DNA of 64,000 bases from Candidatus Latescibacterota bacterium (GTDB lineage: Bacteria; Latescibacterota; UBA2968). Under the pieces are notes generated by a model, which worked only from the letters and a program-made list of their open reading frames with translations, had not been told where the DNA came from and did not search any database. Both the position numbers and the translations under genes were made by a program. Location of the stretch: assembly GCA_965204745.1 (NCBI GenBank), contig OZ242010.1:4448001-4512000 (forward strand), read 5' to 3'. Shown in pieces: positions 28,379 through 38,165 of this stretch (position 1 is its first letter; every line of letters starts with the position of its first letter).

Positions 28379-29953
28379 ATGCGCTTCTTCAACACAAGTG
28401 GACCTGTCGTGGCCGCGGATCACTACTGTATCCCACCCTTGGAACGGGTTGACCTCGCCGAGATTCGCAGACTCATCCGCGACAAACGCTACTTCGTCCT
28501 GCACGCGCCCCGGCAGACGGGCAAGACCTCGGCTCTGCTGGCTCTGCGCGACTTGCTCAACGCCGAGGGCATCTACCGTTGCGTGTACGTCAATGTCGAA
28601 GGTGGGCAAGCCGCACGCGAAGATGTGGAACAGGTTATGCGTACCATTCTGGGCGAGTTGGCTCTCCGGGCACTCTCGGCGCTGGACGACGGGTTTCTCG
28701 ACGCGAGTTGGCCCGACATCTTAACCAAGTACGGTCCTCACGGTGCCTTGCGTGCAGCATTGACGCGCTGGACAGCGTCGGATGCGAAACCTTTGGTGCT
28801 ACTCATCGACGAAATCGACGCGCTGATCGGGGACTCGCTCCTGTCCGTGTTGCGGCAGTTGCGGGCCGGCTACGATTTGCGTCCCGAGGAGTTTCCGCAA
28901 AGCGTGGTACTGTGCGGGATGCGCGATGTGCGCGATTATCGCATCCATTCCAGTTCTGCAAATGCCACCATCGCCGGGGGCAGTCCGTTTAACATCAAGG
29001 CGCGATCATTGCGCTTGGGCGATTTTTCACAGGACGAGGTACAAGCCTTGCTCGCACAACACACCGAGGAGACGGGTCAGGTGTTCACGCCAGACGCGCA
29101 GGAGATGATCTGGACGCAGACCCAAGGGCAACCGTGGCTGGTCAACGCCTTGGCGGATCAAGCCTGCTTCCGCGATGGCGCCGTGGATCGGCGCGATCCG
29201 GTCACTGCCGCCGCCATCATCGAAGCGAAAGAGCACCTCATCCTGCGCCGCGAAACGCATTTGGAACAGTTGACCGACAAGCTCAAAGAGGAGCGCGTGC
29301 AGCGCGTCGTGGAACCGCTATTGAGTGGGGCCGAGACACGCCACTTCACGGATCGGGATTTGGAGTATGTGCGCGATCTCGGTCTCGTGGCTCAAGATCG
29401 CCCCTTGCGTATCGCCAATCCGATCTACGCCGAGGTCGTCCCGCGCGAATTGACATGGGTGATCCAAGAGGAGTTCGATCAGGACACCGCTTGGTACGTC
29501 CATGCCGATGGCAGTTTGGATGTGGTCAAATTGCTGGCCGCGTTCCAGACCTTCTTCCACGAACACTCCGAGCATTGGGTCGAGCGATTCGCGTATCGCG
29601 AGGCCGGCCCGCAACTGTTGCTTCAAGCGTTTTTGCAACGGATCATGAACAGCGGCGGGCGCATCGAGCGCGAGTATGGCTTGGGTCGCATGCGAACCGA
29701 TCTGCTCATCATCTGGCCGCAGGGCGAGCGGACGCGCAAGTTCGTGATCGAGTGCAAAATTCTCCACAAGGGCTTAGATCAGACCATTGCCGCGGGGTTG
29801 TCACAGACCGCCGAGTATATGGATCGTTGCGATGCAGAAGCGGGTCATCTGGTAGTTTTCGACCGGCGCGAGGGCCGGCGTTGGGAGGACAAGGTATTTC
29901 GAGATCGCCGAATGTCACACAGCGGGGTAGAGATCGATATCTGGGGCATGTGA
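28379..29953 (+). CDS. AAA-type ATPase with a C-terminal PD-(D/E)XK-like nuclease domain
   Basis: HAPRQTGKT, LLIDEID, C-terminal REYGLGRMRTDL...VIECK...QTAEY. Confidence 0.85.
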   Translation: MRFFNTSGPVVAADHYCIPPLERVDLAEIRRLIRDKRYFVLHAPRQTGKTSALLALRDLLNAEGIYRCVYVNVEGGQAAREDVEQVMRTILGELALRALSALDDGFLDASWPDILTKYGPHGALRAALTRWTASDAKPLVLLIDEIDALIGDSLLSVLRQLRAGYDLRPEEFPQSVVLCGMRDVRDYRIHSSSANATIAGGSPFNIKARSLRLGDFSQDEVQALLAQHTEETGQVFTPDAQEMIWTQTQGQPWLVNALADQACFRDGAVDRRDPVTAAAIIEAKEHLILRRETHLEQLTDKLKEERVQRVVEPLLSGAETRHFTDRDLEYVRDLGLVAQDRPLRIANPIYAEVVPRELTWVIQEEFDQDTAWYVHADGSLDVVKLLAAFQTFFHEHSEHWVERFAYREAGPQLLLQAFLQRIMNSGGRIEREYGLGRMRTDLLIIWPQGERTRKFVIECKILHKGLDQTIAAGLSQTAEYMDRCDAEAGHLVVFDRREGRRWEDKVFRDRRMSHSGVEIDIWGM

Positions 29954-30035
29954 GGCAAGCGGCGGTGGCGAGGCAGGGCACGCACGGGCGGACGGGCGGA
30001 TGAGCAGGGCACGCACACGGATCGGAGCTAAACAA

Positions 30036-31345
30036 ATGACAGCCGACCTCAAACCCTATCCCCACTACAAGCCCTCCGGCGTCGACTGGCTCGGCGACAT
30101 ACCCGCGCATTGGGAGGTGCGGCGGTTAAAGTTTTCCGTAGAGAATGTTGCTGACCAAACACGCAAACGCAGGAAGCGCGAAATCTACCTTGCGATGGAA
30201 CACGTTGAAAGTTGGACAGGGAAGTATAGCGAAGCCGGGCCGGATGTGGTCTTCGACAGTCAGGTTAAGCGGTTCAAGGCTGGCGATGTGCTGTTCGGCA
30301 AGTTGCGGCCTTATTTGGCGAAGGTTACACGCCCTAATCGGACGGGCGTCTGCGTAGGCGAATTTTTGGTATTGCGACCTCGTGCTTGTGCTCTGTCATC
30401 CGGTTATCTGGAGTATCTGATGCGATCAAAGCCAGTTATAGATGCCATCAACGCTTCGACATTTGGAGCGAAGATGCCGCGTGCAGACTGGCAATTTATC
30501 GGTGGTATGGTGCAACCTCTCCCACCCCTCGCCGAGCAAGCCGCTATCGTCCGCTACCTCGATCACACCGATGGGCGCATCCGCCGCTATCTCCGTAGCA
30601 GGGAACGGCTCATCGAGTTGCTCAAGGAGTATCGACAGGCTACCATCCACGAGACGGTCACGCAAGGGCTTGACCCGGATGTGCCCCTCAAGCCCTCTGG
30701 CGCAGAGTGGCTCGGCGACATACCCGCGCATTGGGAGGTGCGGCGAGTCAAGCACGCATTTAGACGGATCGTGGGCGGCTCGACGCCATCAAGTAGCGAG
30801 GCGGCCTACTGGGACGGTACTATTGTTTGGGTTACACCAACCGACATCAGCAAAGTGACTCGATTGCGGGACTCTCAGCGTCGGATTACGAAAAAGGGAT
30901 TCGACTCTTGTTCCACTACATTAGTTCCTGTTGGAAGTTTAGTGGTCACGTCGAGAGCACCCGTAGGAAACGTAGCTCTTGCGGAAGTCCCGCTCTGTAC
31001 CAATCAAGGTTGCAAAACCTTGGTTCCAGATAGTCAAGTCATTGATTCTACTTATGGCTATCAAGTGTTTGGGAGACTCAAAGATGAACTTCAGAGCTTG
31101 GCCAATGGTACTACATTTACCGAGATTTCAACCAACGCCCTCGGAAATGTCTTATTGCCCATCCCACCCCTCGCGAGCAAGCCGCTATCGCCGCATATTT
31201 GGACAAACAGACCGCTACCATTGACGCCGCCATGGCCCGCGCCCAGCGGGAGATCGACTTGTTGAGCGAATACCGCACGCGCCTGATCGCCGACGTGGTC
31301 ACCGGGCAAGTGGATGTGCGCGGAGCGACTGATACTAACTGTTGA
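30036..31345 (+). pseudogene. hsdS: Type I RM specificity subunit; 1-bp frameshift near 31174; no hsdM/hsdR in the window
   Basis: Two KPSGxxWLGDIPAHWEVRR repeats and two TRDs. The second PPLAEQAAI repeat lacks one C; the alternative frame continues EQAAIAAYLD...LIADVVTGQVDVR. Confidence 0.85.
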
Positions 31346-31457
31346 CCTCATGGGATAGGTCAATATCAAATCAATTTAAGATGGGCACTATTTCACTTTC
31401 AGGCGCGAACTTGGAATAGCAAAATCCGCTATTCCAAAAACTTAAATAGGATTCGAT

Positions 31458-31727
31458 ATGCAGCGCAGAGAAATCGGCAGATACGAGATCTCGACCACGA
31501 GTGGCGAGCGGATTCGCGCCTTTGTGCCGGCACCACTACCGCCTGATCCGCCCCTCGTTCTGGACGGCGCGCTTCAGCAGGCGTTTGAATCGGCAACACT
31601 CGCGCTCGGGCGGCTCGACGGCATCTCGGCGCTTCTGCCAGACCAAACGCTTTTTCTTTGGACATACATACGCAAGGAGGCCGTGCTTTCCTCTCAGATC
31701 GAAGGCACGCAATCGTCGTTATCCGAC
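31458..31727 (+). pseudogene. Fic family protein, N-terminal fragment
   Basis: RAFVPAPLPP, ALGRLDG, RKEAVLSSQIEGTQSSLSD; interrupted by the IS. Confidence 0.88.
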
Positions 31728-33176
31728 CAGGCCGTAAAGCCCCCATGCTTTAGCAGGGGGATATAGTGTGGCTCTAGGCGTGCTTTAGCATGAAAACTTT
31801 TCTTGCACTGTTGCATTTTGTGGAACTTTTTCTTGCTTGCATGCGGCTAAGTAGTGTTCCCAAAAGCAACGCTCTTTTTGTATTTGTCTCATTCCGCCGA
31901 TGGCAAAGCGTTGCTTTGGGAACAACCGTCGGCGGTTTTTCTTTGGGAGTAAAAACATGGGCTACCGAACCTACAAATTTAAGTTGTACGACAACGCCCG
32001 TCGCAATGACTTTTTGCATGAGCGCATCCAAGCGTTTGCAAGCCCGTATAACCATTTTGTTGCGTTGCGTAGGCGGTACTATCGCATGTTCAAAAAGTCT
32101 CCGAGCAAAAACGATTTGATTAAGCATGTTGCCAAATTAAAAAAAACCGAACGGTTTGCTTGGTGGCATACCTTGCCAAGCCAAGCATTGCAAAACGTCG
32201 TTGAGCGCATTTGCTTTGGCTATGACAAGTTTTTCGCAAGAGACAACAAACGACCGCCGAAATTCCGTGCAGGATTTAAGTACAAGTCGTACACGCTCAA
32301 ACAAACGGGCTACGAATTTCTCGACGGCAACCGCATAGAACTTGCGTTTGGCGTGCGTGGGCGTGTCAAGCGTGTGTTCAAGTATTTTAAGCATAGAGCG
32401 TTTGACGTTGAAAGCGTTAAGACGGTCACAGTCAAACGTGACCGCGTAGGCGATATTTGGCTGTGCATAACGGCATTGTTTGAGAATGAGCCTGTCGTCA
32501 CATTCAAGACGGGTAAGACCGCAGGGTTTGACTTTGGACTCAAGCAATATCTCACCGTGTCCGACGGCACTGTCCACAAATCGCCTTTGTTTTTCAAGCG
32601 CGGTATTCGCAAGGTCAAAAACGCCCACCGTGACTTGTCTCGCAAGCAAAAGCACAGCAACAACCGTGTGCGTGCGAGACAGCACTTGGCGAGAACCCAT
32701 CGCAAAGTTGCAACCGCAAGAGAGACCTACCACTGGCAACTTGCAAATGAACTGTGCAAAAAGTATGACGTGCTTTGCTTTGAGATGTTGAACCTTCAAG
32801 GGATGAAAAAACTTTGGGGGCGAAAAGTGAGCGACTTGGGCTTTGCAGACTTTTTGACCAAGTTGCAATGGGTTGCACACAAGCACGGCAAAGTTGTCGA
32901 GTTCATCGACAAGTTCTACCCCAGTAGCAAGACGTGTAACGCTTGCGGTACGGTCAATGAGAACTTGCAACTGCGTGACCGTGTGTTCAACTGCCCATGC
33001 GGTTGGACGTGCGACAGAGACGACAACGCCGCGCTCAATATACACAAGGTTGGGTTGACAACCTTTGCAGGAGAGACCGTAAGACGCCTGTCCGCATGAA
33101 GGCGCAGTCTTGTCGATAGCACAACCTACGCTGAAGTGGGGCTGAAGCCCCGATGTTTTAGCGCGGGGTTCTTCAC
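31728..33176 (+). mobile_element. IS200/IS605-family element, tnpB-only (IS1341-like)
   Basis: Left hairpin AAAG-CCCCCATGCTTTAGCAGGGGG; right hairpin GAAG-CCCCGATGTTTTAGCGCGGGG; ends in TTCAC; no tnpA. Confidence 0.88.
31957..33099 (+). CDS. tnpB: RNA-guided endonuclease TnpB
   Basis: RuvC motifs GFDFGL, FEMLN, DRDDNAALNI; zinc ribbon CNAC...CPC. Confidence 0.95.
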   Translation: MGYRTYKFKLYDNARRNDFLHERIQAFASPYNHFVALRRRYYRMFKKSPSKNDLIKHVAKLKKTERFAWWHTLPSQALQNVVERICFGYDKFFARDNKRPPKFRAGFKYKSYTLKQTGYEFLDGNRIELAFGVRGRVKRVFKYFKHRAFDVESVKTVTVKRDRVGDIWLCITALFENEPVVTFKTGKTAGFDFGLKQYLTVSDGTVHKSPLFFKRGIRKVKNAHRDLSRKQKHSNNRVRARQHLARTHRKVATARETYHWQLANELCKKYDVLCFEMLNLQGMKKLWGRKVSDLGFADFLTKLQWVAHKHGKVVEFIDKFYPSSKTCNACGTVNENLQLRDRVFNCPCGWTCDRDDNAALNIHKVGLTTFAGETVRRLSA

Positions 33177-33196
33177 TACGAGTTGCTGACGCATGT
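33020..33196 (+). ncRNA. Predicted TnpB omega/reRNA (right end plus guide from the flank); 5' boundary approximate
   Basis: Established TnpB biology: the scaffold overlaps the tnpB 3' end and right end, and the guide is the sequence after TCAC (TACGAGTTGCTGACGCATGT). Confidence 0.55.
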
Positions 33197-33569
33197 GCGC
33201 CGCACCGGCGATTGGGAGGCATGGCTCGCTTTCTTTTTTGAAGGTGTACGGGTGACAGCAGAGGGGGCCGTCGCCACATCCCGTCGCTTGTCGGATCTGT
33301 TCGCATCTGACCGGGCAGTCATCGAGCGACAAAAAGGCCGTCGCGTAGGCTCGATCTTGCGCGTCCATGAATCCCTGAAGGCGCGGCCGATTCTGTCCCT
33401 ACCTGAGATACGCAATCGCACGGCACTCTCCTTTTCCACCGCATCCTCGGCGATGGAATGGCTCGTCGAACACGGCATTGCGCGTGAGATCACGGGCAAA
33501 CGCCGAGATCGCTTGTTCGTCTATGACCAGTATCTCGCCATCCTGAATGAAGGCACCGAGGCACTCTGA
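33177..33569 (+). pseudogene. Fic family protein, C-terminal fragment (HTH)
   Basis: YELLTHVRRTGDWEAWLAFF...EITGKRRDRLFVY. Confidence 0.85.
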
Positions 33570-33640
33570 TGCCGGGCTTGACTTTCTTTTTTTTTCTTTT
33601 AGAATACACGACGAATAGACGAGCCACACCTGACCACTAA

Positions 33641-33684
33641 GTTGTCAGTTGTCAGTTGTCAGTTGTCAGTTGTCAGTTGTCAGT
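33641..33684. repeat. Heptamer tandem array (GTTGTCA)x6
   Basis: Read directly. Confidence 0.95.
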
Positions 33685-33853
33685 CCCTGCCCCAACACCT
33701 CCAAAACCCGACGCACTTCGCAGATTGGGGTACAATGGGCTACTTTTCGAGCCTGTTCACCGCCCCGTTGTACGCCGCTCCGCAGATTCTTACCGCCGGG
33801 ATACCCGATGTAAAGGCGAAAAATTTTTGCCATAAAATGAAAGGATTTACGCC

Positions 33854-35617
33854 ATGCCATCTGAATCCAATCGCCGCGAGCAACCCATCCTCTACGAACC
33901 CGACGAACGACCGCCGCATACCATCACTTTTGCACTCGGGTTTCAGGCCGCAATGCTCACTATCGCGGGCATCGTGTTCACGCCCGTCATCGTGGTGCGG
34001 GCCGCGGGTGCGAACGAGGTGTATCTGGCTTGGGCGGTCTTTGGGGCGCTGGTCGTCAGCGGCCTGACCACAGTGCTGCAAGCCGTGCGCGTGTGGCGCA
34101 TTGGCGCGGGCTACATCCTCCTGATGGGCACGTCGGGGGCGTTCATCGCGGTCTGCGTCACCGCGCTTGCCGATGGGGGACCGGCGATGCTGGCAACCCT
34201 CGTCATCATCTCGTCCCTGTTCCAATTCGCGCTTTCGGCGCGCCTCTCCCTGCTGCGGCGGATCATCACGCCCACCGTGGCCGGCACCGTGATCATGCTG
34301 ATCTCCGTGACCGTTATGCCCATCGTTTTTGAGATGTTGACAGACGTGCCCGAAGGAACGCCGCCCGCTGCCGCGCCCGTTAGCGCGCTTGCGACCTTGT
34401 TCGTCATCGTGGTGCTCGTGCTCAGGGTTTCGGGCGTGTGGCGTCTGTGGGTGCCCCTCATCGGGATTGTCGCGGGGTGCATCGCGGCTTCGTTCTTCGG
34501 CTTGTACGACATCCAGCGCGTTGTCGACGCCTCGTGGATTGGCATTCCCAAAGGCGGTGGTTGGCCGGGCTTTGACCTCGGCTTTGGCCCTGTTTTCTGG
34601 TCGCTCCTGCCCGCTTTCATTTTTGTGACCATGGTCGGAGCTATCGAAACAATTGGCGATTCCATCGCGATCCAAAGGGTCTCTTGGCGCGCAGACCGGG
34701 CGCCGGACTTTCGCGCTGTGCAAGGCGCGGTCACCGCAGATGGCATGGGCAACCTGCTGTCTGGCCTCGTGGGCACCGTGCCCAACACGACCTACTCGTC
34801 CAGCGTTGCCATTACAGAACTCACCGGCGTTGCGGCGCGCGGCGTGGGCGTGTGCATTGGCGCGGTCTTTGTGGCGGCGGCCTTTTTGCCCAAAGTGTCC
34901 GCCCTGCTCTTGGCGATTCCCAATCCCGTGGTCGCGGCTTATGTGACCGTGTTGCTGGCTTTGCTCTTTGTGCTGGGCATGCGAATCGTGGTTCAAGACG
35001 GCGTGGATTACCGCAAGGCGACCGTGGCCGGGGTCGCGTTCTGGGTTGGCGTGGGCTTCCAAAATCAGGTCATTTTCGCGGACTACCTGGGCGACTGGTG
35101 GGGGTCCCTGCTCGGCAATGGCATGACGGCCGGGGGGCTTACGGCGATTCTGCTGACCCTGTTCATGGAACTGATGGGCTCGTGGCCGAAACGCATCGAG
35201 ACCGAACTGCGCGTGGATGCGTTGCCCCGGATCAGGGTCTTTTTGGAAAAATTCGTCACCCGCAGGGGTTGGAATGAGGAAATGGTGGATCGGCTGTATC
35301 TCGCTACCGAGGAAACCCTCTTGTTGCTCATCCAACAAGACGAGGACGAACAAGTGGCGAAACGCCTGTTGCTGATCGCACGCGGCGATGAGCGCACCGC
35401 GTCTTTGGAGTTCATCGCGGCAGTTGGCGACGGGAATATCGAGGATCGCTTGACCTTCCTCACAGAACAGACTGCCGATGCGTCGCTCGAGCATGAAATC
35501 TCGTTGCGATTGTTGCGGCACTTCGCCTCGTCCGTGCGCCATCAGCAATATCACGACGCGGATATCGTCGCGTTGCAAATCGAGGCCCCGATGCGCGAGC
35601 GAAAAGCAAACACATGA
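33854..35617 (+). CDS. NCS2 (xanthine/uracil) permease with a soluble C-terminal extension
   Basis: YEPDERPP, ALGFQ, ITPTVAGTVIMLI, ETIGD, PNTTYS signature region. Confidence 0.88.
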   Translation: MPSESNRREQPILYEPDERPPHTITFALGFQAAMLTIAGIVFTPVIVVRAAGANEVYLAWAVFGALVVSGLTTVLQAVRVWRIGAGYILLMGTSGAFIAVCVTALADGGPAMLATLVIISSLFQFALSARLSLLRRIITPTVAGTVIMLISVTVMPIVFEMLTDVPEGTPPAAAPVSALATLFVIVVLVLRVSGVWRLWVPLIGIVAGCIAASFFGLYDIQRVVDASWIGIPKGGGWPGFDLGFGPVFWSLLPAFIFVTMVGAIETIGDSIAIQRVSWRADRAPDFRAVQGAVTADGMGNLLSGLVGTVPNTTYSSSVAITELTGVAARGVGVCIGAVFVAAAFLPKVSALLLAIPNPVVAAYVTVLLALLFVLGMRIVVQDGVDYRKATVAGVAFWVGVGFQNQVIFADYLGDWWGSLLGNGMTAGGLTAILLTLFMELMGSWPKRIETELRVDALPRIRVFLEKFVTRRGWNEEMVDRLYLATEETLLLLIQQDEDEQVAKRLLLIARGDERTASLEFIAAVGDGNIEDRLTFLTEQTADASLEHEISLRLLRHFASSVRHQQYHDADIVALQIEAPMRERKANT

Positions 35618-35646
35618 GGCAATCACCCAAAACACAGAGGTGCGAT

Positions 35647-36135
35647 ATGGCGGATTTTAAGACGATGGCGACAGAGGTGGGGGCATTGCTCAAAGAACGA
35701 GGGCAAAGCGTGGCGGTGGCAGAGTCCTCGTCGGGCGGCCTGCTTTGCGCGGCACTTTTGGCCGTGCCGGGGGCTTCGGCGTATTTCAAGGGCGGCGGCG
35801 CGTGTTATACGGGCGATGCCAAGCAAATTCTGATGGGCGTTTCAGACGCGGCCATGCGAGATGCGCGGTCCGCCACCGAACCCCATGCCCTGCATCTCGC
35901 ACGCGCGGCGCGCAAACGCTTGGCCGCGGATTGGGGCATCGGCGAAACCGGCGCCGCAGGCCCAACCGGCAATCGGTACGGCGATCCGCCCGGCCATACG
36001 TGCATCGGCATTGCAGGCCCAAACACAGAGCGGGCCATAACTATCGCAACCGGTAGCGAGAACCGGGGCGACAACATGGAAGCCTTCGCCCGTGCAGCAC
36101 TCGATCTGCTGTCCAAATGTTTGCAACAGACGTGA
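35647..36135 (+). CDS. CinA C-terminal / NMN deamidase (PncC) family
   Basis: VAVAESSSGG, PGASAYFKGG, ETGAAGP. Confidence 0.9.
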   Translation: MADFKTMATEVGALLKERGQSVAVAESSSGGLLCAALLAVPGASAYFKGGGACYTGDAKQILMGVSDAAMRDARSATEPHALHLARAARKRLAADWGIGETGAAGPTGNRYGDPPGHTCIGIAGPNTERAITIATGSENRGDNMEAFARAALDLLSKCLQQT

Positions 36136-36143
36136 GGGAAAAA

Positions 36144-36255
36144 TCAGTAGTCAGTAGTCAGTAGTCAGTAGTCAGTAGTCAGTAGTCAGTAGTCAGTAGT
36201 CAGTAGTCAGTAGTCAGTAGTCAGTAGTCAGTAGTCAGTGGTCAGTAGTCAGTAG
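36144..36255. repeat. Heptamer tandem array (TCAGTAG)x16, one TCAGTGG variant
   Basis: Read directly. Confidence 0.95.
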
Positions 36256-36368
36256 GTTCTGTTGACATTTATGAGCAAAGCAACTGGCTTGAGCGGTTTA
36301 TCGAGAAAATCAAGCCCTATCGCAGAATATGCTCTCGGTTTGAGAAACTGGAATAGTCGCTCCTTATC

Positions 36369-36556
36369 GGGACCTACCCCCTAACCCCCTTCCTGCGAGG
36401 AAGGGGGAACTGTGAGCGGTTTTGCGAGGGGATTGATGAGGGATATTTAATCGCTTTATGCCCTCGTGCCACGCCATCAGAGTAACCAGAGCGAGAAGCT
36501 ATCAAAGGTGCTTTACTCCCCTTTCCTCGTAGGAAAGGGGCCGGGGGATAGGTCCC
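36369..36556. mobile_element. MITE/REP-like element copy
   Basis: Same terminal inverted repeats as 12364. Confidence 0.7.
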
Positions 36557-36734
36557 CTCGCGCCACGCCATCAGAGCCACCCTAGAGATAAGCCATCAAA
36601 GGATCAAACGCATTAAATGAGCAAGCAACACATTTGCTAATCTGTGCGTAACGTAAAAAAATAAAATGTCAACACAACCTAGTCAGTAGTCAGTGGTCAG
36701 TCCCCCATTGCGGGGAGAGGTCAAGGAGGATGAA

Positions 36735-37967
36735 ATGGCGACATTGGCACTTTTGGGTGGCGAAGCCGAGGTAAAGGAAAAGGTGACTATCCCCTGGCCC
36801 ATGTACGATGCCACCGAGAAAGAGGCACTCGTCGAGGTGCTGGAAAGTCGGTCGTGGAACAATGCCGCGAAGTGTCGGGAATTTGAAGAGACGTTCGCCG
36901 CATTTCAAGACGCGAAATACGGGATCGCGTGTACGGGCGGCACTGTGGCGCTGGAAATGATCTGCCGCGCTGCGGGCATTGGCATCGGCGATGAGGTCAT
37001 CACGAGTGCGTACACGTTTATCGGGACGTGTACCGGGATTCTCAAAGCGGGGGCCACGGTTGTTTTTTGCGATATCGATCCCGACACCAACAATCTCGAC
37101 GTGGCGGAAGTCGAGAGCCTGATAACGGATCGCACCAAGGCGATTATGCCCGTGCATTTTGGCGGGTTGGCGTGCGATCTCCAGCGGTTGTTGGACATTG
37201 CGGCCCGGCATGACCTCGCGATTTTGGAAGACGCGGCGCACGGGTGGGGATCGACCTATCGGGAGCGCGGCCTGGGCAGTTGGGGCTTGGCGTCGGGGTT
37301 TTCGTTTCAGCAGAGCAAAAACATGACCGGAGGCGATGGCGGCATTGCCCTGACCGATGACGAGGCCATAGCCGACGCGATCTCCTGCGCGGTCAATGTC
37401 GGGCGGTCGCGGTATGGGCATACGGATGCGTCTCGGCAATGGGGCGGCAATCACCGAATGACGGAGTTTGTCGCCGCGGTCTTGTCGTGTCAGTTGAAAC
37501 GCATTCCCGAACACGCGGAAATCAGAGAACAAAACGGGGCGATGCTGACGCGCACCTTGTCGGACATCGAGGGCCTCGAGCCGATTCACCGATCCGAAGA
37601 CGCGACCCGCGTGAACTGGCATGTGTACGGCGCGCGCTATCTCGCCGAAGCCTTTGCAGGCGTTCCCCGCGAGGTATTTGTCAAAGCGATGCGCGCCGAG
37701 GGCGTGCCGATCAGCACGGGATACGACGCGCCCGTGTACAAACATCCGGTTTTTCAAGCGGATTGGAACGCCGGGGAGTACACGCCCTTTGCGTGGACGA
37801 GCACACAGGATTATCGCACCTTGCACCTGCCAAAAGTCGAGCAATACTGCAAAGAACGGCTGTCGATCAGCCAGACGACCTTGCTGGCATCCGAGACCCA
37901 AATGCGAGATGTGGCACGCGCATTTGTCAAGGTTCGTGAAAATGCGGATCAACTCCGCGGCGAGTAA
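36735..37967 (+). CDS. DegT/DnrJ/EryC1/StrS PLP aminotransferase
   Basis: AIMPVHFGG, EDAAHGWG, FSFQQSKNMTGGDGG. Confidence 0.93.
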   Translation: MATLALLGGEAEVKEKVTIPWPMYDATEKEALVEVLESRSWNNAAKCREFEETFAAFQDAKYGIACTGGTVALEMICRAAGIGIGDEVITSAYTFIGTCTGILKAGATVVFCDIDPDTNNLDVAEVESLITDRTKAIMPVHFGGLACDLQRLLDIAARHDLAILEDAAHGWGSTYRERGLGSWGLASGFSFQQSKNMTGGDGGIALTDDEAIADAISCAVNVGRSRYGHTDASRQWGGNHRMTEFVAAVLSCQLKRIPEHAEIREQNGAMLTRTLSDIEGLEPIHRSEDATRVNWHVYGARYLAEAFAGVPREVFVKAMRAEGVPISTGYDAPVYKHPVFQADWNAGEYTPFAWTSTQDYRTLHLPKVEQYCKERLSISQTTLLASETQMRDVARAFVKVRENADQLRGE

Positions 37968-37970
37968 AAG

Positions 37971-38066
37971 TCAGTAGTCAGTAGTCAGTAGTCAGTAGTC
38001 AGTAGTCAGTAGTCAGTAGTCAGTAGTCAGTAGTCAGTAGTCAGTAGTCAGTAGTCAGTAGTCAGT
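37971..38066. repeat. Heptamer tandem array (TCAGTAG)x13 plus a partial unit
   Basis: Read directly. Confidence 0.95.
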
Positions 38067-38165
38067 CCCCGCCCTGCCACCCCAAAGGCAGAAAAAAAAA
38101 GTAATCGTAGGGGCGGTGCCCCCGTGCCCGCCCTTATCCTGTCCATCTTTTTTGAGGAGAATTTC

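Noticed and set aside
31728-33176. IStron (group I intron-IS chimera)
   Set aside because: Only ~230 bp precede tnpB, no intron core was recognised, and the host gene lacks its middle part.
33740-35635. 631-aa minus-strand ORF
   Set aside because: Antisense to the NCS2 permease; no recognisable motifs.
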